Source: Candidatus Woesearchaeota archaeon CG11_big_fil_rev_8_21_14_0_20_43_8 (lineage in GTDB: Archaea > Nanobdellota > Nanobdellia > Woesearchaeales > CG08-08-20-14). From it: DNA of 36,485 bases. The translations under genes were made by a program, and so were the position numbers. The notes under the pieces are model-generated. The model ran no database searches, was not told where the DNA came from, and saw only the letters and a list, made by a program, of their open reading frames with translations. Where the stretch lies: the NCBI GenBank assembly GCA_002762705.1, contig PCVE01000108.1:1-36485 (forward strand), read 5' to 3'. Below, piece after piece: positions 25,512 through 36,243 of the stretch. How positions within the stretch are numbered: the first letter of the stretch is position 1; each line of letters opens with the position of its first letter.

Positions 25512-28253
25512 TCAATAAAAATCCGCTAGAAATTCGATTATGTGGCAGACTTTTACTTTCTCTTTCGAAAGACAATTCTTGAGTTGCATTATGCATGAGG
25601 GACAAGTTGTCACTATGACATCCACCCCTGATTGTATAATCCCTTCTCTTTTGTTCTTGTCGAATATCTCTTTTGAACTCTTCTTCTGGGTGATTGCATA
25701 TGATCCGCCCCCGCCACAGCATCTGTCTGCGCCATCGACTTCGACATATTCAAGAAAGCCTGATCTTTCAAAGGCGTGTAATAATTCCCGCGGGGCCTTC
25801 GTGATCTTCTGGGCAAGCATATGACAGGGGTCATGATAACCGACCTTCAGTCTTCTCTTCGGTATCTTTTTTGGCATCCTGATCTTCAGATGCTGGACCA
25901 GGAATTCAGTCACGTCCATGATCTTTGGAGACATGGATCTTGCTTTTATCTTGTATATATCATCCTTGAAGAAATCAGGATACGCTTTCAGACCATTCCC
26001 ACATGTCCCGCAGCTCGTGATTATTATATCATATTTCGCCAATGAATCGACATTCTTATGTCCCAATGTCTCCGCTGTCTTTGTGTCTCCATAACATCTC
26101 ATTGGCACACCACAGCACCATTGCTCAGGTAATTCCACATAGACACCATTCTCATTTAGGAGCCTGACCATCGCAGGCGCAGTCTCATCATCGATGATAT
26201 CTGTGGCGCAGCCATAGAAATAAGCGACAGACACACGCGCATCCTGCCTTTTGATAGAATTCTTCACTCTTGATCGCAATGGTTTTTTCGCAAGCTTTGG
26301 CATTGCGTCCATCCCGATGATCCTCCTTGTTATAGGATTATTCCAGATCGGATGTGTCCATCCAGCTGCTGTCGCCATAGATTCGAATAAGCTCTTGTTT
26401 TTCATGACAGAGAATATAAATTTCAATGAAATATTCTTCTTCCTTGAAGCAGCGACCTCTTTTCCGACAGCGGCCCTGCTCGGACATTCAAATAGGCATC
26501 TGCCGCAGACGAGGCATTTATCGATTGTGTCTTGATATACCTTTGATTTCTGTTTGTCATCGACACCATGCATTGCGAGAGATTTACCTCTTGGTGAATA
26601 GCTCTCATCAAGTGTTGTCCCATAGATGCTGCAGAACCCTCTGCATTTTCCGCAGGTGGAACATGCATATGAATATTTGTCGAAGAATGTGTCTTCATAA
26701 GCTTTCTTGTCGCTGATCATCACATCCGGATTCATGATATCCTCCGGATCAATGATGGCTTTTGTCTTAGCAAGCAATCTATGATACTTATCTCCAAAGA
26801 AACCTTTCAAGAAAGGGCCGCGGACTCTTCCGATGCCATGTTCGCCTGATAATGCACCGCCAAGAGATTTTACCTTTGAGAACATAAGCTCCCCAATCCT
26901 CCAAAAAGAGCTGACTGTTTTTTTGTCAGACATGTCAAGAAGCAATCTCATATGGAGATTGCCTTCACCAGCATGGCCAAATATAGCTCCTTCAACACCC
27001 TCTTTCTTGAATAACTTGTGAGCGAATGCGATAGCATCTTTTATCTTATCTGGCGGGACGACTATATCTTCGATTATGGGTATTGGTTTCTTGTTGCTGC
27101 CATCTGGATTAAGTGTCTTGTTCATGTAGAATGTGTTCAATAATGATGCAAGCGAACGCCTGGCTTTCCATAGCTTCTCTTTGTCTTCTTCATTGGTCGC
27201 CTTTGCCACAGATATCGGCTTGTATCTTTTGAGTATCTCAGTTGCTTTCTCAAGCTGATTTTTGATGTCTTCATCGACTTCCACGAGTAGCATAGCGCCG
27301 CATTTAGGGATGTCAAATTCCGGATAGGCGGCCCTTATGATATCGATCGCAAGCGTATCCATGATCTCAAGGCCGCTTGGCGAAAGTCTCCTCAACAGAC
27401 GCACAGCTTTCACCGCATCATCGATATCTTTATAGAATGCGAGCGCGACATAACTCTCTTTTTTGGCGTGGATCACCCTAAGCTTTGCTTTCGATACGAT
27501 GCCTAGTGTTCCTTCGTTTCCTATGAATAGGTGATGAAGATCAAGATAGCCCTTGGCCATGCCAGCTTCGATATCGAAGAGATCATATCCGCATGATGCC
27601 TTCAATGTCTTAAGTGCACTGTTTTGTATGAGCATTTTGTTGTCCTTGATAAGCTGCACCAGCTCTCCGACAGAAGGATATTCTGCAAGCAATGTCTTGT
27701 ATTCTTTTGAATCGATACTATAACGCTTTGCGATGAGTTTTGATCCGTCTGGCAGATATACTTCCAGTTCTTCGACATAATCTCTGGTCACACCATATTT
27801 CAGTCCGTTGCTACCGCTTGAATTATTCGCGATATTAGCGCCGATCTGGCAGACATCACCGCTCGATGGATTAGGCGCGAACAAGAGGCCATTCTTTGCT
27901 AGTTTCTTGTTCAGATCTGCATAGACGATCCCTGGTTCCACAGTGACAAATCTGTTTTTTTTATCTATCGAGATCATCTTTGAATATCTCGACATATCAA
28001 GTATCAGCCCTTTGCCTATCGACTGGCCGCAGGTGCTTGTTCCGGCGCCTCTTGGTGTTATCGGGATCCCATGTCTTCTTGCGACATGGATAGCTTTTTT
28101 AATATCTTCTTCAGTCTCGATGAAGATGACTGCTGATGGCATGATCCCATAGATCGAAGCGTCTGTCGAATACGCGCATAATGTAGCCGGGTCAGATGAT
28201 GATTTCTTACCAAAGGTCTTTTCAAGATCCTTCTGTATTTTAGAATTCAACAT
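25512..28253 (-). CDS. FAD-linked oxidase / Fe-S / CCG fusion (GlcD+GlcF-like 2-hydroxyacid dehydrogenase)
   Basis: PRGAGTS..GQ, GNEGTLG, GHAGEGNLH, SGEHGIG, two CxxCxxCxxxC motifs, two CCG domains. Confidence 0.92.
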   Translation of the reverse strand: MLNSKIQKDLEKTFGKKSSSDPATLCAYSTDASIYGIMPSAVIFIETEEDIKKAIHVARRHGIPITPRGAGTSTCGQSIGKGLILDMSRYSKMISIDKKNRFVTVEPGIVYADLNKKLAKNGLLFAPNPSSGDVCQIGANIANNSSGSNGLKYGVTRDYVEELEVYLPDGSKLIAKRYSIDSKEYKTLLAEYPSVGELVQLIKDNKMLIQNSALKTLKASCGYDLFDIEAGMAKGYLDLHHLFIGNEGTLGIVSKAKLRVIHAKKESYVALAFYKDIDDAVKAVRLLRRLSPSGLEIMDTLAIDIIRAAYPEFDIPKCGAMLLVEVDEDIKNQLEKATEILKRYKPISVAKATNEEDKEKLWKARRSLASLLNTFYMNKTLNPDGSNKKPIPIIEDIVVPPDKIKDAIAFAHKLFKKEGVEGAIFGHAGEGNLHMRLLLDMSDKKTVSSFWRIGELMFSKVKSLGGALSGEHGIGRVRGPFLKGFFGDKYHRLLAKTKAIIDPEDIMNPDVMISDKKAYEDTFFDKYSYACSTCGKCRGFCSIYGTTLDESYSPRGKSLAMHGVDDKQKSKVYQDTIDKCLVCGRCLFECPSRAAVGKEVAASRKKNISLKFIFSVMKNKSLFESMATAAGWTHPIWNNPITRRIIGMDAMPKLAKKPLRSRVKNSIKRQDARVSVAYFYGCATDIIDDETAPAMVRLLNENGVYVELPEQWCCGVPMRCYGDTKTAETLGHKNVDSLAKYDIIITSCGTCGNGLKAYPDFFKDDIYKIKARSMSPKIMDVTEFLVQHLKIRMPKKIPKRRLKVGYHDPCHMLAQKITKAPRELLHAFERSGFLEYVEVDGADRCCGGGGSYAITQKKSSKEIFDKNKREGIIQSGVDVIVTTCPSCIMQLKNCLSKEKVKVCHIIEFLADFY

Positions 28254-29119
28254 TTTATCTGCATTATCTCTGAATTGTAGTTTGTGTCTATCAGGTAATT
28301 CCCAGAATAAGTTATATCTCCCTTGAAATTCGACTCTAATCTGAGATAATATTTCTTATCAGGTTTTATGATCGGTGTGTCCATGAGAATGCACTTCTCG
28401 CAGATGGATATTGTCTTCTCGACGCCAAAAAGCGGGCCGAAACTGAATATTGTCTTGTAATCAGTCTCTGATTCTTCTCTGATCTGAAATGAACTGTTCG
28501 CAGGAGTGGATAGCTTATACTGTACATAAACAGCATTATGTTTTGTGCCAGGTTGACACGATCCTTTCACTGTGATCTCATAGAAATTGCTCCCTTCTGG
28601 AATCTTCGGTGCATTATACACCAATATCTCTTCTGGTTCCAGATCCTCTTTTGATTTTGTGTCTTCATCTACCACAGCATATTTCTGGACAATCTTTTCT
28701 GCGATGCATTTCCCATGTACACATGAAGCAGAGAGATCAGATGCCGACGTACATTCACCACATAAGAATTCATCCTCGCAAGCTGGACTCTTCCCGTCAT
28801 CAGATATGCTAATCTTTGATTTCGCGTCTTTGTTGATCGACAATGGACAAGAACAGCACTTGTCTGGTTTCACGATGATACAATCCTGATCTTCACTACA
28901 TGAGAATAATGATTTGGTATCGATTGGTTGAGGGCTGCTTTCCATCGTCGCGATATCGTTGATTGTAGAATTATCTTGGTCTGCTTTCAATTCATCCAGA
29001 TCTTTCACATCGGTGAAATCGAAATCATTGTATTCGCCTAATCTCTCAGGTTCTCTGTTACATCCTGCGAATATCAAAGATACAAGCAGGACAATGATAA
29101 TGATATAAACGGATCGCAT
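28247..29119 (-). CDS. Cys-rich putative lipoprotein
   Basis: Hydrophobic signal ending in FAGC; CSEDQDC...CCSC...C...C..C...C..GKC module; GGAGGG RBS. Confidence 0.75.
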   Translation of the reverse strand: MRSVYIIIIVLLVSLIFAGCNREPERLGEYNDFDFTDVKDLDELKADQDNSTINDIATMESSPQPIDTKSLFSCSEDQDCIIVKPDKCCSCPLSINKDAKSKISISDDGKSPACEDEFLCGECTSASDLSASCVHGKCIAEKIVQKYAVVDEDTKSKEDLEPEEILVYNAPKIPEGSNFYEITVKGSCQPGTKHNAVYVQYKLSTPANSSFQIREESETDYKTIFSFGPLFGVEKTISICEKCILMDTPIIKPDKKYYLRLESNFKGDITYSGNYLIDTNYNSEIMQIKC

Positions 29120-29222
29120 ATTGGTCAAATCCCTCCAACAGATGATATCGCAGCTAAGTGATTATATAAAGGTTTCTCTCGGAGAGCATGTGCAGAATCG
29201 TGTATATGGGAAGTCTTGGAAT

Positions 29223-30422
29223 TCACTTAGAACTGATTATCTCTATGACATCCCGATGGTTCAGCTTGTATTCTTTTCCGACAGTGATCTTTTTCTTGAC
29301 ATCGATGGCCCTTATGAAATTCTTGCCAAAATCCGTGTGCAGCTTGAAAGCGAAATCAAGAGCTGTCGAATCCGGAGGCATCAGAAAACAATCCGGAAGC
29401 ACGTTTCCATCCGAATCAGCGAGCTTGTTGACACCGCCAGGGAATATCGCTATATAACCTAGCAGACCAAAGACAGCAGTATCCAGTATATCTTGCACCC
29501 CCGAGCCATTGTTTCTCTTAAGGACATTGTCTCTTATGAATCCTAAAGCAGCTTTCTGTGTATCATTCAGGCGATCTTCACTAGTTATCTTGAAATCATC
29601 TTCACCAGGGATATATTCGATCAATCCATGCTTGGCTGCCTCTTTCAATGCAAGCTCAGATTCTGCTGAGCAGCCGATGATCCTGTGTTCTGGAAACTCT
29701 TTCTTAAGTCTCTCAAGGTTGTCCCTACCATTTCCTACATCCATCTTGTTGGCCGCGATCACCATAGGTTTTGTGAGTTTCCGAAATTCGACTGCCAGAC
29801 TTCTTAGCTGGCTCTCAGTCCAGGAGATGACGCTATCCACAGGAAGGCCTAAATTCCTGATGACGATATTTGCCATGTCTTCATCTACTCCGACACCGGA
29901 TAACTGCTTTGCGAGAGCGACTTCGATCTTTCCACCAGTCTGCTGGATAGTCCTTGCGAATTTCTCCCATCCTTTCTTGAGTATCCCAAGGTACCACATG
30001 TCAAGCTCGATCTCAAGGAATCTTACATCGTCAGCTGGATCATGTGTGCCTGGTTCGACAGGTTCTCCTTTATCGTTTGTCGCTCCTGCTGCGTCGATGA
30101 CATGGATTAGGACATCGGCCTGCCGGATATCATCAAGGAACTGGTTTCCCATGCCCTTTCCTTCATAGGCACCCGGGACAAGCCCCGCGACATCTATCAG
30201 CTCAACAGGGACGAAACGTTTGTGGTTCTGGCAGTGGCCAGTCCTTGGATTGCATTGCGTATCAAATTCCTTGTCGACACAGTCGATCTTCACATATCCT
30301 ACTCCTGAATTGGGTTTTATCGTCGCGAATGGATAATTTGCGATGAGAACATCACCTAATGTCACTGCTTTGAAGAATGTGCTCTTTCCAACATTTGCCT
30401 TGCCGACAACACCGACCATCAT
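29223..30422 (-). CDS. ychF: YchF/Ola1-related Obg-family NTPase, archaeal type, with TGS domain
   Basis: GKANVGKST, ANYPFATI, DVAGLV, ANKMD, C-terminal FAFKLHTD TGS domain. Confidence 0.93.
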   Translation of the reverse strand: MMVGVVGKANVGKSTFFKAVTLGDVLIANYPFATIKPNSGVGYVKIDCVDKEFDTQCNPRTGHCQNHKRFVPVELIDVAGLVPGAYEGKGMGNQFLDDIRQADVLIHVIDAAGATNDKGEPVEPGTHDPADDVRFLEIELDMWYLGILKKGWEKFARTIQQTGGKIEVALAKQLSGVGVDEDMANIVIRNLGLPVDSVISWTESQLRSLAVEFRKLTKPMVIAANKMDVGNGRDNLERLKKEFPEHRIIGCSAESELALKEAAKHGLIEYIPGEDDFKITSEDRLNDTQKAALGFIRDNVLKRNNGSGVQDILDTAVFGLLGYIAIFPGGVNKLADSDGNVLPDCFLMPPDSTALDFAFKLHTDFGKNFIRAIDVKKKITVGKEYKLNHRDVIEIISSK

Positions 30423-30691
30423 GGTATTTGCACTGATATGTGGGATGTATAAAAATATTACTAAATTGACGCAGTGTCATTTTTGCGTGATCTTCATTGG
30501 ATAGATATCACATATCCATCTGTATCGGCCGTGATATATGTTTTTATCAGTCTGATCTATTCCAATTGTGGTCATGCGAAAGGGGCAAGACTCTACAGGC
30601 ATAAAAATCAACCGGACCCTAAAGATGGTCCATATCTGCGACTTGCGTTTTACTAAATCTTTTTATATATATCTGATCCTTATGCTTTTGC

Positions 30692-31378
30692 ATGCTAAAG
30701 ACTGATCTTCACATACATACAAATGAGGATCCTCAGGATTCATTCATCAAGTATTCTAGCAGGGATCTGATAGATATAGCATCTAAGAATGGTTATGATG
30801 TCCTTTCTATCACAAATCATAATGATGTCTTCAGCGATAAGGCTGTATCAGCATACGCCAAGAGAAAGGGGATATTGTTGATACCTGGCGCAGAGCTCAC
30901 GATTGACAGAAGGCATGTCCTTGTGTATGGGATCACTAATGCTGATCTGAAAAAAATAAAGACGATGGATGATCTTGGCAAGGCTCCGTTTGTGATAGCT
31001 CCGCATCCATTCTATAAAGCCAGATCCTGCCTTGGAAACAGGCTTGTTGAGCATCAGAGAAGGTTCGATGCTATAGAATACGCACATTTCCATATGGGCC
31101 ATGTCCTGAATTTCAACAAGAAGGCGATGCGCTTAGCAAATGACCTAAGGATCCCGATGGTCGGGAATTCAGACGCTCATTATATGATGCAGTTCGGGAA
31201 GACATATTCTCTTATAGACGCAGAGAAGAAGATGGATGATATATTTGAGGCGATAAGGAAGTTCAAGGTGAAGATCGTCTCAAATCCGCTCACTCCGATC
31301 GAATACACAAGAGTGATGTTAAGATCAATTCTCCTGTCTCCATTCGGGCGTATCACGCGCCGGTTCCGTAATCTTTAA
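30692..31378 (+). CDS. PHP-family metal-dependent phosphoesterase
   Basis: DLHIHT, ITNHN, GAE, HVL, PHP, NSDAH. Confidence 0.92.
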   Translation: MLKTDLHIHTNEDPQDSFIKYSSRDLIDIASKNGYDVLSITNHNDVFSDKAVSAYAKRKGILLIPGAELTIDRRHVLVYGITNADLKKIKTMDDLGKAPFVIAPHPFYKARSCLGNRLVEHQRRFDAIEYAHFHMGHVLNFNKKAMRLANDLRIPMVGNSDAHYMMQFGKTYSLIDAEKKMDDIFEAIRKFKVKIVSNPLTPIEYTRVMLRSILLSPFGRITRRFRNL

Positions 31379-31404
31379 ATAGGCTCTTTCTCAAGATTAT
31401 ATGT

Positions 31405-31959
31405 ATGGCCACATCGTACAAGATAGCGCAACCAGAGATAATCTTCCAGGATGTGTTCAAGCTAAAAGAGGTCTATGAGCTTATCCATGACTGGTTGAAT
31501 GATGAGAAATATCTGGATAAGAGGGGCGGGGATCAGTTCATGGAGAAATATTACCATGAAAGGCGTATCCAGAATGTCGGAAAAGAGATCCGTATCTGGT
31601 GGAGGACTTTTAAGAACCCGACAAAATATTTCCAATACAAGCTGGATGTCGATTTCTTTGTCATCGCCATGAAAGATGTGGATGTCGTGAAAGATGGCAA
31701 GAAAGAACGCGCTAATCATGGCGAGCTGCAGATCAAGATCACAGGTACGCTTGTCGTGGATCCAAAAAATATGCTGACTGATAGTGTGATTCTAAGGCCA
31801 TTTCATTGGATATTTGAAAGAGTGTGGATGAAACAGGAACGTGATTATCATTACGCATATCTGCTTAAGAAAGTGAATCAGCTCGAAGGAGAAGTCAAGA
31901 CCCACTTAAAGATAACAAATTTCATGCCGCAGTTCAAGCCTTATCGTCCACAATATTGA
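31405..31959 (+). CDS. Hypothetical protein
   Basis: Clean ORF with TTTAAAT about 25 nt upstream; aromatic, beta-rich; resembles hypotheticals I associate with DPANN genomes (unverified). Confidence 0.75.
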   Translation: MATSYKIAQPEIIFQDVFKLKEVYELIHDWLNDEKYLDKRGGDQFMEKYYHERRIQNVGKEIRIWWRTFKNPTKYFQYKLDVDFFVIAMKDVDVVKDGKKERANHGELQIKITGTLVVDPKNMLTDSVILRPFHWIFERVWMKQERDYHYAYLLKKVNQLEGEVKTHLKITNFMPQFKPYRPQY

Positions 31960-31969
31960 TTACATGTCT

Positions 31970-32716
31970 TCACTTGATCTTTCTTACGAAACTAAGGAAA
32001 CCGGAATGGTTTATGGATCGTGATTTAGGTCGGACTTTTCGTCCTTCTATCTCCCATTGTCTCTCTGTGAGCTCGATCGTCTCGATGAACTGGAACTTGT
32101 CTCTGATCTTCACAGCCTCGACAAAATCGCTCACTTGCGGTATGCACGGAGAATAAGACACAAGCATGCCCCCCACTTTCAAGCACTTCTCTGCTGAATC
32201 AAGCGCGAGCCATGGTTCTGGGACATCGAGTGTCATCGTATCTGCATCATCCACTGGGACAGATTCATAGATATCATGTTGTTCTGCGACAATATTAGAG
32301 AATCCCATGAACTCGATATTCTTCTTTGCGACAGCAAGATGGTCTTCGCGTTTCTCGAAAGTATAGACTTTTTTCGCGATCGCGCCAAGCGAGATGGCGA
32401 GGGCTCCTGACCCAGCGCCAGCATCGACGACAACAGATTCTTTTGTTATCCCGCATCTGGTGATTATCAATCCGATATCTTTTAGCGGGATTATCTGTGG
32501 AGCACGTTTTATCTTCGAATAGATATCAAGAAAATTCGGTTCAAGGATGATGAACTCATCTTTTGTGTTGGATTGGACAATATTCCCTGCTTTCTTTTCC
32601 AGCTCTGTAGAGCAGACGAATCCGAACTGTGAATGGAAATCTACTGAAGTGTCCCTGACATAGAATTTTCTGCCGGTCTTCTTGTGCATCAGTATCTTCT
32701 TGATATCAATCGCCAT
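31970..32716 (-). CDS. trmI: tRNA (adenine-57/58-N1)-methyltransferase
   Basis: KRAPQII..KD, DAGAGSGAL, LDVPEPW, YSPCIPQV, RP....HSGFL. Confidence 0.93.
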   Translation of the reverse strand: MAIDIKKILMHKKTGRKFYVRDTSVDFHSQFGFVCSTELEKKAGNIVQSNTKDEFIILEPNFLDIYSKIKRAPQIIPLKDIGLIITRCGITKESVVVDAGAGSGALAISLGAIAKKVYTFEKREDHLAVAKKNIEFMGFSNIVAEQHDIYESVPVDDADTMTLDVPEPWLALDSAEKCLKVGGMLVSYSPCIPQVSDFVEAVKIRDKFQFIETIELTERQWEIEGRKVRPKSRSINHSGFLSFVRKIK

Positions 32717-32723
32717 GTTCTCT

Positions 32724-34526
32724 TCAATTATTGACCATTATCTCGACATTATTGCCGAAGAGACTCTTAAGGTCCTCAAATATCTTGCTCTTTAGCATTA
32801 TCTTCTCTTGGAACTTAGCCTCGCCCATGTATCTCTCGAACTCTTCCATATCGCTCTTATCGATCTTGTCAAGTCCGCCCGCTTCGGTGACTTTCGCTTT
32901 CCTTATCTCTTTTTCACCTTCATTGGCATCGTATAAGATAAATGCGTCGCCTTTCGCGAACATGATTATCTCAGCATACTTGTCGCCGAACTTGACCTTT
33001 ATCTTGCTTTTCTCGATCTCATTCGCACGTTTCCTCTGCATATATTCGACCATGAACTTGATGTAATTGTGGGCGTCTTTCCTTATGTTCTCGACGTCTT
33101 GTTTTGTGATGGTGCCTTTTGGGTAATCCACTTTCGCTTTCAGGATCTGTTTTAGCACACGCATCGTCTTGTCTGGGAAGATGCCAGCATTGATTATCTT
33201 TTCTTGGAAGACATTTGGAAGATCTTCTGCTGACACTTTTTTCACGCCTTCAAGTTTCAGGACATCTCTAGATGCTGCGACGACATTATCGTTTGCATGC
33301 AGCACAGTCTCTTCAAGTTTCTTCTTCTCGATCTCTCCATAGAGCTCTTTGATCCTCTTCAGATATCTCTCGACATTCTTAATGAGACGTTCTGCTTTTG
33401 AGCCGTCTAATGATTTGACCTCGTCATATTCATAGCTTTTCCATAGCTGGACCTGCTCATCGATTATGTCTCCGTACTCTTTCTCGAGCATCTTCTCCTT
33501 GTCGACAAAGACCTCTTTTATAAGTCTCGCTGTCTCTCTTGGTGTGGTCGGATTGATGCCATACATCATGAGAGCGGCCTGCGATGGATTGAGGATAGCA
33601 TAATATGCATCTTCTACACCAGCAGAGAGGATCTTGTTCTTCGCTCTCTCAAGGAATTGTTCTCCAGAATTCTGGAACATGTCGATAGATTCAGCTGATG
33701 GTTTTATCTTTCCCATCTTTAAGAGCTGCTTCCAAGGCATGTACATTCCCCGGTCATAGAACGGGATGCCATCTCTTAGGAATGTGAAGATGACTGGGTT
33801 CGCATCTTTTATCGAATCCCAAAAATCCGTGAGCAAATATGTCTGGACATGCAATTTTATCTTGACGCCAGTGATCTCTGCCGCTTTGTAGGCCATATCA
33901 TACATGATCGCAGTGAGCTTGTCCTTGAGCTCGCCACGGCTCATACGTTTGACATCTGTATCATCGATGACCACGAACGCGTCGATATCGCTCTTCTCAT
34001 GGCCGTCGCCCCTGAAATGTGATCCGGCACAGACATAACAGACGATGTATTTCTCGAACTTGTCAAGGCTCATCTTCTTGTGCACTTCTGATAGTTTTAT
34101 GCCTGAGATAGTGCCCCTGTCATAGACTGGCTGTGACATGGCGATCTGGTTCAATTTGTCGTATTTACCGTCATGACATTCTCCCCATATCTCTGAGACT
34201 ATCCATGTCTGGACTATCATGTTTGGATCCACTTCCTTTGCTAAGGATGCGATTATCGCGCCTAGCTTGTCGGAAAGCTCTTGCTTTGACATCTTTTGTG
34301 AATCGGAATCATCGACGACGACAAGCACATTGATATCCTCTTTCTTGTCTTTTGTCGGTGGGAGAAGTGTGACACCAAGTATGTATCTGTCGAATTTCTC
34401 AAGCACATTCTTTGAGAATAGGTCAAGTTTATCTTTCAGCTCTTTTAGTTCTGGCGGGAATTCTGGAAGCTTCTGGCTTGCCATGAAATCCTTCTTTTTC
34501 TCTTGTTTCTTTCCCTTGCTTGTCAT
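32724..34526 (-). CDS. Protein with tandem minimal nucleotidyltransferase domains plus a HEPN-like helical domain
   Basis: Second NTase intact (AGSHFRG...SDIDAFVVIDD); first copy degenerate (DINVLVVVDD); HEPN-like DAYYAILNPSQAALMMYG. Confidence 0.8.
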   Translation of the reverse strand: MTSKGKKQEKKKDFMASQKLPEFPPELKELKDKLDLFSKNVLEKFDRYILGVTLLPPTKDKKEDINVLVVVDDSDSQKMSKQELSDKLGAIIASLAKEVDPNMIVQTWIVSEIWGECHDGKYDKLNQIAMSQPVYDRGTISGIKLSEVHKKMSLDKFEKYIVCYVCAGSHFRGDGHEKSDIDAFVVIDDTDVKRMSRGELKDKLTAIMYDMAYKAAEITGVKIKLHVQTYLLTDFWDSIKDANPVIFTFLRDGIPFYDRGMYMPWKQLLKMGKIKPSAESIDMFQNSGEQFLERAKNKILSAGVEDAYYAILNPSQAALMMYGINPTTPRETARLIKEVFVDKEKMLEKEYGDIIDEQVQLWKSYEYDEVKSLDGSKAERLIKNVERYLKRIKELYGEIEKKKLEETVLHANDNVVAASRDVLKLEGVKKVSAEDLPNVFQEKIINAGIFPDKTMRVLKQILKAKVDYPKGTITKQDVENIRKDAHNYIKFMVEYMQRKRANEIEKSKIKVKFGDKYAEIIMFAKGDAFILYDANEGEKEIRKAKVTEAGGLDKIDKSDMEEFERYMGEAKFQEKIMLKSKIFEDLKSLFGNNVEIMVNN

Positions 34527-34700
34527 TTATTCATCGCCTCATAGTAATCATAAGTCCCTGGATAGGGAAATGTCCCCCCATTTATAAACATATATATAAT
34601 AACCCTATAACGACTGGGACAATTTGGTCACATATATACATAAAAAGGTTTTTAACCAACAGAGCCTTGATTATCATAAGCATAGAAAGAGGTGCTATAC

Positions 34701-36212
34701 ATGCGATTCAACATAGTCTCAACTGCTTTAAACACAATCTCTGGCGATGTCTGCGTCTTGGGCATTTATAAAGAAAAAGGGCTTCCGAAACAGGTATCTG
34801 ATATCGACAGAAGTTGCGGTGGTATGATAAAAGAGGCGATGCGATATGGATTCAACGCTGAATTCGGGCGGCAATGCCTTCTACATGTGGATAAAGGTAT
34901 CAAAGCCAAGAGGATCCTTCTGCTTGGACTTGGCAAGCGAAGTGAGCTTGATCTGAAGAAAATCAGGATACTGCTTGCAAGGATGTGTCTTTATCTGAGG
35001 CAACAGAACACAAAAAGCTATTGCATGCAGTTGATACGAAGCTCAGATAGGCGCGATTCATTCTCTGACACTGTCGAAGCGCATATAACCAGCCATGAAT
35101 CAGCGCTATACGAATTCAATCAGTACAAGACTGAAAGAAAAGAGGAATATATCCCGATTGTCGAGGCATCTTTTGTCTGTTTGGCATCTGAACTAAAAAG
35201 CGCAAAAGAATCAGCAAAGAAAGCGCATCATGTCGTTCAGGCGATGAACCTGATCAGGAATCTTGTTAACGAGCCTTCGAACATGCTGACCCCCTCAAAT
35301 CTTGCCAGATATGCTGTATCGATGTCGAAACGGGATGGGATATCATGCAAAGTCTATGGCAGGAAAGAGATAGAGAAGATGGGCATGCGCGCGTTCCTTG
35401 GTGTAGCGAAGGGCAGCGCAGAAGAGCCAAAATTCATAGTCATGGAACACAAGCCGAAGAAATCCCATGGCAAGATCTGTGTGGTCGGAAAAGGCATAAC
35501 TTTCGATAGCGGTGGCATATCTATAAAACCATCAAAAGGCATGGATGAGATGAAGATGGACATGGGAGGCGCTGCTGCGACCATCGGGATAATGGATGCT
35601 GTCGCAAGACTCAAGATACCTGTGCATGTGTATGGCATCGTCGCCGCATGCGAGAACATGCCTTCTGGTACGGCGCAGAAACCAGGAGATGTGGTCGAGA
35701 CCATGAGCGGAAAGACTGTCGAGATAGCGAACACAGATGCAGAAGGCAGGCTCATACTTGCAGATGCCCTTCATTATGCCACGACATTGAAACCAGATGC
35801 GATCGTCGATCTGGCAACATTGACAGGCGCGGTAGTGGTCGCGCTTGGAAGCCATGCCACTGGCATGTTCACAAACAACAGTGTCCTTGCAAAGACGATG
35901 GAAGCGGCTGCTTTTCAGAGCGGAGAGGCAGTATGGCGATTGCCTGTTTGGGAAGATTATCAAGAAGATGTCAAGAGCGATATCGCAGACATAAAGAACA
36001 TAGGTCTTCCGATGGAGGCAGGTTCGATAACTGCTGCTATGTTCCTGAAATTTTTTATCGGGAAGACTCCTTGGATACATCTGGATATCGCTGGGACAGC
36101 ATGGACAGATGGCAGAAAACACATCGGTGTCAAAGGTGCCACCGGCTCTGGTGTCAGGCTGGTGACACGGTTCATTGAAGAGATCAGCGAGATGAAGGCT
36201 TCTCGACGATAA
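34701..36212 (+). CDS. pepA: M17 leucyl aminopeptidase
   Basis: VGKGITFDSGG, MKMDMGG, NTDAEGRL, ATLTGA, HLDIAG; GAGGTG RBS before ATG 34701. Confidence 0.96.
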   Translation: MRFNIVSTALNTISGDVCVLGIYKEKGLPKQVSDIDRSCGGMIKEAMRYGFNAEFGRQCLLHVDKGIKAKRILLLGLGKRSELDLKKIRILLARMCLYLRQQNTKSYCMQLIRSSDRRDSFSDTVEAHITSHESALYEFNQYKTERKEEYIPIVEASFVCLASELKSAKESAKKAHHVVQAMNLIRNLVNEPSNMLTPSNLARYAVSMSKRDGISCKVYGRKEIEKMGMRAFLGVAKGSAEEPKFIVMEHKPKKSHGKICVVGKGITFDSGGISIKPSKGMDEMKMDMGGAAATIGIMDAVARLKIPVHVYGIVAACENMPSGTAQKPGDVVETMSGKTVEIANTDAEGRLILADALHYATTLKPDAIVDLATLTGAVVVALGSHATGMFTNNSVLAKTMEAAAFQSGEAVWRLPVWEDYQEDVKSDIADIKNIGLPMEAGSITAAMFLKFFIGKTPWIHLDIAGTAWTDGRKHIGVKGATGSGVRLVTRFIEEISEMKASRR

Positions 36213-36243
36213 GATTATATAGCTTTGCATCATTTATATCCTT

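Noticed and set aside
25333-25722. 129-aa ORF
   Set aside because: It overlaps the dehydrogenase 3' end in another frame and runs into AT-rich promoter DNA.
29509-30168. 219-aa plus-strand ORF
   Set aside because: Antisense shadow of ychF.
30474-30656. 60-aa ORF and short hairpins between ychF and the PHP gene
   Set aside because: GTG start without RBS, and stems of only 5-7 bp; insufficient support.
35532-36233. 233-aa antisense and 176-aa alternate-frame ORFs
   Set aside because: They overlap the highly conserved pepA catalytic domain and have non-protein-like composition.
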